Origin: Octopus sinensis
Taxonomy: Eukaryota
Assembly: GCF_006345805.1 (NCBI RefSeq)
Contig: NW_021835312.1
Coordinates: 1 to 58,686, forward strand
DNA length: 58,686 nt
Direction: 5' to 3'
Numbering within the stretch: the stretch's first letter is position 1; every line of letters starts with the position of its first letter. The position numbers and the translations under genes are program-made. Positions 49,190 to 58,686 of this stretch are shown here, in pieces. Below the pieces are notes generated by a model that did not search any database, was not told where the DNA came from, and saw only the letters and a program-made list of their open reading frames with translations.

Positions 49190-49193
<4 letters not shown>
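48642..49193 (-). mobile_element. ~550-bp non-coding element embedded in (TAA)n
   Basis: (TTA)n arrays abut both ends. Its 3' ~170 bp recur at 28017-28186, also inside (TAA)n. No ORF of 60 aa or more. Confidence 0.75.
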
Positions 49194-49262
<69 letters not shown>

Positions 49263-49444
49263 TTATTATTATATTAGTACAGCCTAATGCACCGCCCTCG
49301 CCCCAGAAAAACTGGTCCACCAATCAGTATCATTAGACTGTGGCCGGCATAGTAGAATAGAAGCTTCATTTGCATACTGAAACGCGCGCGCACACACATA
49401 TAAATATAGTTATAGATACACATCGATCGATCGATGTATAACTG

Positions 49445-49477
<33 letters not shown>

Positions 49478-49486
49478 GCAGGCAGG

Positions 49487-49519
<33 letters not shown>

Positions 49520-49520
49520 T

Positions 49521-49590
<70 letters not shown>

Positions 49591-49982
49591 GATAGATAGA
49601 TAGATATTTGTATGCATGTGTTCCTTTCTTCTCTGACAACCTGAAAGCAAGATTCTGTAGATGAAATGTTTTCCTTTAGTCTGCGTAGCGAGAACACGTT
49701 AATGTGATACTGTACTCCTTACTCCTGGTGACTTAGCGCAGATGATGATGAATGGAAGTCTAAAAGTTGCCTACGTAGCAAAGCTCTGCTCTTCAAACCA
49801 TGACAATTATCCAGAGCTTTATAACAAGCTTTGAAACACTTTGCCGTCAGTCGCCTCACATTAGTTGCAAGGATGCAATCAATACAAAATCTTCAGGACA
49901 GTAGCTTCTGATTTGGAATCTTACTAAAAACTGAATTTATTTTTCATAACGATCCCAGTTAGATGACAGGCACCTTTCTTTA

Positions 49983-50370
49983 TAGGGTAGTGGCTTAGTG
50001 GTTAGGGTATTCGACTCATTATTGTCTGGTTATGAGGTCGATTCCCGGCAGCGCGTTGTATCTTTGAGCAAGACGCTTTATTTCTTGCTCCGATCCGCAC
50101 AGCTGGCAAAAATGAGTAGTACATGTATTTCAAAGATCCAGCAGTGTTATATATTGTGTCACGCTTAATTTCCCTGAGAACTACGGTAAAGGTACGTGTG
50201 TCTGCGGAGTGCTCAACTACTAACAAGTTAATTTTACGAACAACAATTCAGCTAGAAGACTCATCGTCGAAATCGACGGAAAGCCGGGCCGATGTGGATC
50301 TCTCACAAACAGGCTGCCTGCTTCATCATTGCCTACAAGGAAATGTCTCTACTTTTCTAGGAATGTGAAT
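49983..50370 (+). mobile_element. tRNA-derived SINE family C
   Basis: Box A-like TGGCTTAGTGG, box B-like AGGTCGATTCCC, core CTTTGAGCAAGACGCTTTATTTC...CAGCTGGCAAAAATGAGTAG. Confidence 0.7.
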
Positions 50371-50404
50371 AGCTAGTATACGTTTGCACGTGAGTGGGCA
50401 TTTG

Positions 50405-50451
<47 letters not shown>

Positions 50452-50806
50452 GCATATATTTATATACACACCACACACATATATATATATATATTCATAT
50501 ATATATATATATATACTTATATATATATTATATATATATTCATGTACATATGCATATATATATATATATTATATATTATTATATGTACATACACAAACAC
50601 CACACATACACACAAATATATACATTGTACGAATCTATCTACCTATCTATCTGTATGGTATGTATGCTTATATATATACTTATATATATTATATATGTAC
50701 GTACACACACACGCATATATATATACACACATATGTATATATTATATATACACATAAGACTTAAATTGCATTGCACGAAGCCTTCACGTACCTATCTATT
50801 TATCTG

Positions 50807-50849
<43 letters not shown>

Positions 50850-52353
50850 GTTTCTCTTCATATTATGCCACATATTTTCTCTCTCCTTCTCTCTCTCTTT
50901 CTCTCTCTCTCTGACTTTCTCTTTCCCAGTTTCTCCCTCACTCCTCCCTCTCCCTCTCTCTCTCAACAACACGCACTCTCTTTTTCTGTGTCTTTCTCTT
51001 TCGCCGTCTATAAATCGACCAGCTCCTACGATTGATTAGGAAAATATTTATACACAGCCTGCGTATTCGCTTCTGCCGCTAATAGTGTTAAAGTGTATAG
51101 AAATACTTCGTGAATTCCACTAACATTTAAGATGATCTTGATAACGCTGTTAATAATGGTAGCAGTAGCAGCCGCCGTAGCAATAATAGTAGTAGTAATT
51201 GCTGTTGTTGTTGTTGATGGTGATGATGGTGGTGATGGTGATGATCATGATGATAATGATGGGCAGCGATTGGTCGAAAGGTCAACGTGATTGACCTTCC
51301 TGTTAATTGACTCAATTTTCAGTCTTTAAGACGAAATTACTGAAGCTATTTCCAAATTTTTTTCCTAATTATGATTTTTTTATTACATATTTTTTTTCCT
51401 TCCTTCTCTTCCTCCTTCTTCGACATCGTCATCGATATAGTCATTATCGTCGTCATCTAAAACATCATTACCATCATTACCAATCATCATCATCATCATC
51501 CTCATCATTATCACCATCATCGTCGTCGTCGTCGTAGTCTTCATCATCATCAGTATCAGATGCAGCTTCAACCACATCATCATCATCGTCATCACCCCCC
51601 CCTTTTATCATCATCATCATCATCATCATCATCACTGCCACCACCGTTATCCTCCTCCACCTCTACATCATTATTCGTATCTTCCTCATAATCATAATAA
51701 TAATAATAATAATCGTCATGCCTCCACCTCCTCCTACCCATCGTCTTCTTCTTTTACTTCTTCTTCTTTCCTTGTTCTTTTTCCTCTTGTAATCTTCATT
51801 CCTTATTAGTCTTTTTATGTCTCTTCATGTTACTAAATTTTCCTCATTTATTTTGTTGTTTTTATAATTGAACTTGTAGTTGTTGTTATTGTCGTCGTCG
51901 TGGTCGTTACTTTTTTTCTTTTCTGTCTTTTTCTTTTTCTTTATAAATATTGTTTAGCTTTTCACATATTTTTGTCGTTATTTGCTTTCATTTTAGCTTT
52001 GCCATTTTCAAATATATCTTTTTTTTATTTTCGTTGCTCTCAAGTCTTACAGCAGCAATCTTTGTTGTTGTTGCTGCTGCTACTATTTTTGTTGTTGTTG
52101 TTGTTATTGCTGCTGTTGTTGTTTTCTTATAATTGTTCCAATTCTTTTTCTTCGTGTTGCTGTATGGCTTTCCTTGCCGTGTTTAAAATGGCTGACTTCA
52201 ACAATTTAGGAACACGACTTGCATTTTTAACAAGATATTTTTCAGTATTATATTCTCGTAACGCAATGTAGAGATAATATGTAACACGATGGCGCTGTTT
52301 TGAGAGAACCCTACCTTACGTCAAAAGACAACAAGCGCAACGTGAAGAATGCG

Positions 52354-52845
52354 CCGAAATGTACGTCAAAAAAATATACATACGTAATATGTGTGTGTAT
52401 ATGTGTGTGTGTGTTTGTACGTGTGTATATATGCATGTGCGTATGTATATATCATATCTCTGCTAGTCTGCGTAAGTGTATGTATACATCTGTACATAAT
52501 GTATATGCAGACACACACACATACACCGAAATGCACGTCAAAAAATACATACATAATATGTGTGTGTACATGTGTGTGTTTTATGTGTGTATATATGCAT
52601 GTACGTATGTATATATTATATCGCTGCCAGTCTGCGTAAGTGTATGTATACTTCTGTACATATATGTATATGTATATGCAGACACACACACACACACACA
52701 CCGAAATGTACGTTACAAAAATACATACATATGTATGTGAGTGTGTGTGTATATGTGTGTATATATTTGTATGTGTGTATATATGCATGTACGTATGCAC
52801 ATCTGTGTATATATGCATGTACATACACACACACACACGCGCGCA
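52354..52845. repeat. ~173-bp minisatellite, about 3 units
   Basis: CCGAAATG(T/C)ACGT occurs at 52354, 52526 and 52701. Confidence 0.8.
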
Positions 52846-53268
52846 TACAGATTGTTTCCCAACGACATGGTTCGGAGTTCGGTCCCACAGCTTGGCACCC
52901 TCAGTAAGTGTCTTCTACAGCATGGAGCTGACCAAATTTTTGTGAGTGGATTTCGCAGAATATATTTGAAAGAAGCCCGCCGTACATACCTCTAAACATG
53001 TGTGTATGTGTGTGTGAGGATGTGCGTGTGTGAGGATGTGCGTGTGTGTGTGAGGGTGTGCGTGTGTGTGTGAGGGTGTGCGTGTGTGTGTGTGTATGCT
53101 TTGTCTTTAGGTTTACGTCCCTTAACTTAGCATTTCGGCAAAAGTGACCAGTAGAAAAAGTAACAAGCATTAAAAAAGCAAATAGCTGTTGGTGTTTCTT
53201 CATTCGATTAAAATTCTAGTCGATGTCTCCGTATGGCCGCATTCCAGTGACTGAAACAAGTACAAGAT
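52846..53268 (+). mobile_element. SINE family B, degenerate, with expanded GT spacer
   Basis: Head CAACGACATGGTTCGGAGTTCGGTCCCAC... and tail ...GTATGGCCGCATTCCAGTGACTGAAACAAG. Confidence 0.75.
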
Positions 53269-53511
53269 ACATATAAACCTTTGGAAGCAGTCATTAATAA
53301 TCATGTATTCTCATATCTTGAATTTTTTTCTCTTTCTTTTCTCTCTCTCCTTTCTTTGTCTTTCTCTCATTTTCAAATCTTATCTGAGACTCTCCTTCGA
53401 AGATAACGGATTCTTCTGCTAGGAGTCAGCTGGTCCCATGACACATTCCCACAGCACCAGACACTCCCAAATCACTCATTTCTCTTCTATCTTCTTGTGT
53501 GCATCAGAATC

Positions 53512-53655
53512 TATAATAATAAATGGCAAGTTTGTGTGTTTGTGAATTTCTTACTTCAACTCCTTCTCGACCATCCATCAGAACTTGATGAAATTTGACA
53601 CGCGTGTGGGCTATGTCCATGCGGTCACTTACACACTTGGAATTTTTTTTTTAAG
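53512..53655 (+). mobile_element. Possible Helitron-type non-autonomous 5' end
   Basis: TCTATAATAATAAATGGCAAGTTTGTGTGTTTGTG...GATGAAATTTGACAC; a TC start plus short repeat is typical of Helitron-N heads. Confidence 0.35.
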
Positions 53656-53659
53656 TCTG

Positions 53660-53957
53660 AGTAAAGTTGTTTATGGAAGACCAGCAGTGGCACATGCATA
53701 CCAGCCTTCCCTCTCCACACCACCGATGTTATCCACTCTCTAGTCTCCATGCTACCGATGTTATCCAAGAAAAAGGCAAAGGCCAATATAGTTTAGAACC
53801 AGAGACGTCGCAACTCATTTATTCAGCTGAGTGAACTGGAGCAACGCGAAATAAAGTGTCTTGCTCTAGAACACAACACACAGCCCGTTGCGGGAATCGA
53901 ACTCACTTCCTCATGATTGTGAGCTCGACGCTCTAACTTCTAAGCGATGCGCCTTAT
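53660..53957 (-). mobile_element. SINE family C-like copy
   Basis: The reverse complement has GAGTTCGATTCCCG...CTAGAGCAAGACACTTTATTTC...TTCACTCAGCTGAATAAATGAG. Confidence 0.75.
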
Positions 53958-54088
53958 GACACACGTTGGACTCCTCACTCGTATCATTATCAAGCCTGGA
54001 GCTTAACCATGGTCAATCCATAGCACTTACTAAGCGTTTACTCGATACATTTTGGGTCCCCCTGACACCAATACCTTTCATATCCTTG

Positions 54089-54127
<39 letters not shown>

Positions 54128-54139
54128 ATAATATATATA

Positions 54140-54620
54140 TGATGGTTTTTGTCAGGTTCTGTCTAGCACCGTAGTAGCATTGGATTTAATGGTGTTTGTC
54201 GGAATTAGGATGACTGATTGCTGCAGGGATGCTTTTGGGAGATACTAAAGAACAAATGAAATTTGAAAGACCAGTAGACTGTTAACGTTAGGTGCGTCAA
54301 CTTTATAAAACTATTAAAGATATTAGAGTCGTTCCGAGGAGGCACAACGCTGGGAGTCTGGATCAGTGGTGGTTTAGTATTTGTTTATCATGGAACCACA
54401 TGTTTAAATAGTTTAGTATTGTTTAACCTGTTAGTCTCAGCAATTGCATCTGCAAGGTATGGGGTCGTAGGGAAGGGTATCTTAACAGTATATTAATTAA
54501 ACGTTTGGTTGTATATGCCTTGTGATGGGAAGTGGGTTTTAAAATGAGAGAATATCTTAGATGAGTTTTTTTACCTGGAGATTATGTAGGCGATTATGCC
54601 AAATGACTTTCCTATTTCTA
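54140..54620 (-). pseudogene. Possible Penelope-like RT-to-EN linker relic
   Basis: Minus-strand HFPSQGIYNQTFN*YTVKIPFPTTPYL resembles the HFPxxHxLxKIFNxNTVKxSYSxMPN motif of Penelope-like elements. Degenerate. Confidence 0.3.
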
Positions 54621-54622
54621 AA

Positions 54623-55120
54623 TGGACGCGTCTGAAAGGATTGGAGACAAACATTTTCCTCTCTGGTCAATCTCTCATCAACTTTTTCAAGTATCACTTG
54701 AAAAGGAAAGTGAGAGTAGAGAAGTAAATTCTGTCTAGCGAATATTTAAAAAAAGATGGGTGAATGTAGCAAGGATGGCACGTATGAATGGCGAAGCCAC
54801 CTTGAGCATAATTCTATGAACTCGGAAAATTTAAAGCTGAAGGTTACCTACTTGCAAACAAATGTGGTAACATGTAACATCATTGACCGAGGTTACCGTG
54901 GTCTTTTCCGTAGGCTTTTCTTCCCGCGGATAAACCTTATCTGCTTCCCCCTTTACACTTTACACCATGACACTGTGATACATGATCCTATTGATAATTT
55001 TTTCCCTTTTTTCCCTCATTTTTTCCTTCTTCCCCTTTTACGATCCCTTTTGATCTCCCCCAAAAAGAAAAGCTATGCTTTGTAATCTGTGTGCAGCCCC
55101 GTGTGGCTAATAAAGAAACA
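54623..55120 (+). mobile_element. 5'-truncated, more diverged Tx1 copy
   Basis: TGGACGCGTCTGAAAGGATTGGAGAC... is collinear with the reverse complement of 36647-37245. It ends AATAAAGAAACA-TAGCTATCTA. Confidence 0.9.
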
Positions 55121-55126
55121 TAGCTA

Positions 55127-55164
<38 letters not shown>

Positions 55165-55260
55165 CATATATATGTGTGTGTGTGTGTGTGTATGATTGCA
55201 ATTAGGTAGGTAGGTAAATAGGCAGGCAGGTAGGTAGGTATGTAGGTAGATAGATAGACA

Positions 55261-55676
55261 GGCAGCGAGCTGGCAGAAACGTTAGCACGCCGGGCGAAAT
55301 GCTTAGCGGTATTTCGTCTGCGTTACGTTGTGAGTTCAAATTCCGCCTAGGTCGAATTTGCCTTTCATCCTTTCGGGGTCGATAAATTAAGTACCAGTTA
55401 CGCACTGGGGTCGATGTAATCGACTTAATACCTATGTCTGTCCTTGTTTGTCCTCTCTGTGTTTAGCCCCTTGTGGGTAATAAAGAAATAGGTATTTCGT
55501 CTGCGTTACGTTGTGAGTTCAAATTCCGCCGAGGTCGACTTTGCCTTTCATCCTTTCGGGGTCGATAAACTAAGTACCAGTTACGCACTGGGGTCGATGT
55601 AATCGACTTAATACCTATGTCTCTCCTTGTTTGTCCCCTCTGTGTTTAGCCCCTTGTGGGTAATAAAGAAATAGGT
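55261..55676 (+). mobile_element. SINE family A tandem dimer with Tx1-like tail (copy 1)
   Basis: 183-bp period (GGTATTTCGTC at 55308 and 55491). Confidence 0.9.
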
Positions 55677-56654
55677 AGATAGATAGACAGAGATAGATAG
55701 ATAAAAGTGATAGACAGACAGACAAACAGGTAGATAGACAGATAGATAATACACAACATTCTACTGATATTAACAAAAGTTTTACGAATGCAAGTGAGAA
55801 TCCTCTCCTCTCTTTCTGTTTGTGTGTCTTTCTTTGTCCCTCTCTATGCTCCCAGAGAAAAAAAAATCCGTTATACTTTCAAATTATGTAGGTGAAGTGG
55901 GAATAATTTTGAATCTTGCGATCTGCATAGAACACATCATCAACAACACCCACAACAATAACAATAACAACCACCACCGCACTACCGGCTCCTGGCAATC
56001 GTGAGTTCAATCACAGCTTGCATCAGCTCACGACTCACTTCAGCCGTCATTACAATAAATAGCTTATCCACTCGGCTAATTCATCTCATTTATTTTAATT
56101 GTTGGCAATTGCTAATCTTTCGATCGTGTATCAAGCTTGGGTATCTTGTTACGTTCACAACGGATTTCAAATTGATGCTAATTGCTTCATTTTCATAATT
56201 AGTTAGCAAAAATAATAATAACGACATACATTCGCGCGCATACACAGACGCGTACATACACACAAGCAAGTGTATAGAAGCAAACGTATTGATGAATGTA
56301 TACACGCAAACATACACACCATATATGAATATGAAAGAACGATGCTAAGCTATGAAATGGAGAAAGATTAATTTAATACGTGGTGTAGGGAAAGACAAGG
56401 GGAGATAAATGGAGATTAATGCAGATAAAAGGAGAGAAAAATGAAGCGATGGACAGGCAGGGGTTGAAAAGAAAGAGTGCAAAGGAAAGTGTGTAAAGGA
56501 GAGATTGCGCATTTGAGTATGTATGGAAGGAGAGAGATTGTGTGTGTGTTTGCGTGTGTGATTGTGCGTATATGTGTGTGCATGAGAGAAGAGAGATTGC
56601 ATTTTTGTATGAAATAGAGGGATTCTGTGTGTGAGCGCGCGTGTGTTGCACATA

Positions 56655-56699
<45 letters not shown>

Positions 56700-56798
56700 G
56701 TGCATATATATGTGTGTGTGTTGTGTGGTATGATTGCAATTAGGTAGGTAGGTAAATAGGCAGGCAGGTAGGTAGGTATGTAGGTAGATAGATAGACA

Positions 56799-57214
56799 GG
56801 CAGCGAGCTGGCAGAAACGTTAGCACGCCGGGCGAAATGCTTAGCGGTATTTCGTCTGCGTTACGTTGTGAGTTCAAATTCCGCCTAGGTCGAATTTGCC
56901 TTTCATCCTTTCGGGGTCGATAAATTAAGTACCAGTTACGCACTGGGGTCGATGTAATCGACTTAATACCTATGTCTGTCCTTGTTTGTCCTCTCTGTGT
57001 TTAGCCCCTTGTGGGTAATAAAGAAATAGGTATTTCGTCTGCGTTACGTTGTGAGTTCAAATTCCGCCGAGGTCGACTTTGCCTTTCATCTTTTCGGGGT
57101 CGATAAACTAAGTACCAGTTACGCACTGGGGTCGATGTAATCGACTTAATACCTATGTCTCTCCTTGTTTGTCCCCTCTGTGTTTAGCCCCTTGTGGGTA
57201 ATAAAGAAATAGGT
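56799..57214 (+). mobile_element. SINE family A tandem dimer with Tx1-like tail (copy 2, within the duplication)
   Basis: Near-identical to 55261-55676. Confidence 0.9.
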
Positions 57215-58208
57215 AGATAGATAGACAGAGATAGATAGATAAAAGTGATAGACAGACAAACAGGTAGATAGACAGATAGATAATATACAACATTCTACTG
57301 ATATTAACAAAAGTTTTACGAATGCAAGTGAGAATCCTCTCCTCTCTTTCTGTCTGTGTGTCTTTCTTTGTCCCTCTCTATGCTCCCAGAGAAAAAAAAA
57401 TCCGTTATACTTTCAAATTATGTAGGTGAAGTGGGAATAATTTTGAATCTTGCGATCTGCATAGAACACATCATCAACAACACCCACAACAATAACAATA
57501 ACAACCACCACCGCACTACCGGCTCCTGGCAATCGTGAGTTCAATCACAGCTTGCATCAGCTCACGACTCACTTCAGCCGTCATTACAATAAATAGCTTA
57601 TCCACTCGGCTAATTCATCTCATTTATTTTAATTGTTGGCAATTGCTAATCTTTCGATCGTGTATCAAGCTTGGGTATCTTGTTACGTTCACAACGGATT
57701 TCAAATTGATGCTAATTGCTTCATTTTCATTAATTAGTTAGCAAAAATAATAATAACGACATACATTCGCGCGCATACACAGACGCGTACATACACACAA
57801 GCAAGGTGTATAGAAGCAAACGTATTGATGAATGTATACACGCAAACATACACACATATATGAATATGAAAGAACGATGCTAAGCTATGAAAGGAGAAAG
57901 AAAGATTAATTTAATACGTGGTGTAGGAAAGACAAGGGGAGATAAATGGAGATAATCAGATAAAAGAGAGAAAAATGAAGCGATGGACGGCAGGGGTTGA
58001 AAAGAAAGAGTGCAAAGGAAGAAAGTGTGTAACGAGAGATTGCGCATTTGAGTATGTATGGAGGAGAGAGATTGTGTGTGTGTGTGTTTGCGTGTGTGAT
58101 TGTGCGTATATGTGTGTGCATGAGAGAGAAGAGATTGCATTTTTGTATGAAATAGAGGGATTCTGTGTGTGAGCGCGCGTTGTGTTGCACACATATATAT
58201 ATATATAT

Positions 58209-58246
<38 letters not shown>

Positions 58247-58686
58247 TAGAAGAGAGATTATGCGTGCGTGTATGCATGGACGGAGAGAGATTGTGTATGT
58301 ATGAAAGGAGAAAGTGTGAGATGCATAGAAATCGAGGAGTGTGTGGTAGAGTGCAATCTTTAGAATTAGTTGCCATTCGATTCTAATCGGATTTCACCTG
58401 TTCTAGAATAGCCATGCCTTGTCATATAAAATATCAATTAAAACGAAACTCACGTCTATTAATGAATTGATTGGATCAATTAAGGACTTGCTATTTATTT
58501 ATGTATTTTTATGATGCTTTGTTTCTACTCGTTTCTTTTCGTTTATATTCGTGTTTTATTTTTTGTAGTTTGTGTTGCTGTTGTTTTTTTTTCCTTTGGT
58601 TGCTACTGCTGTTCTTGTTAGTGTTGTTGTGGATTCAGTCGTTGTTATTATATTAGATTTTGGTGATGTCGTAGTTGAACGACGAG

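Larger units (their letters stand above)
55160..58240 (+). repeat. Tandem duplication, period ~1538 bp (two copies)
   Basis: TATGATTGCAATTAGG occurs at 55191 and 56729; the SINE dimer, unique segment and GA/GT tracts are all repeated. Confidence 0.92.

Noticed and set aside
55822-56198. Short ORFs duplicated at 57356-57741 as a paralogous gene pair
   Set aside because: They start at non-ATG codons in repeat DNA and show no recognisable domain; they recur only because of the tandem duplication.
55261-57214. Regularly repeated 183-bp units as a CRISPR-like array
   Set aside because: The units are whole SINE bodies with no unique spacers, the context is eukaryotic and there are no cas genes.

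Overview
Eukaryotic, repeat-saturated DNA with no supportable host protein-coding gene. The tRNA-derived SINE families and very high microsatellite density point to a coleoid cephalopod, most likely Octopus (inference from recognition, not a database hit). The one long coding unit is a full-length, frameshifted Tx1/L1-clade LINE on the minus strand (~36647-42736: CCHC ORF1; APE-RT-zinc-finger ORF2), flanked on both sides by (GATA)n. Four 5'-truncated copies of this family also end directly on TATC, which suggests microsatellite target specificity. Other content: R4/Dong LINE relics, a ~550-bp non-coding element embedded in (TAA)n, short (TA)n-embedded units carrying minimal hammerhead ribozyme motifs (two of them in a 157-bp palindrome), two mariner relics, a hAT MITE, a CR1-like 3' end, at least three SINE families (one subfamily shares its 3' tail with the Tx1 LINE), two degenerate minisatellites and a ~1.54-kb tandem duplication near the end. 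Almost all ORFs in the supplied track are translations of simple repeats. All alignments were done by eye and coordinates are approximate to a few bases.
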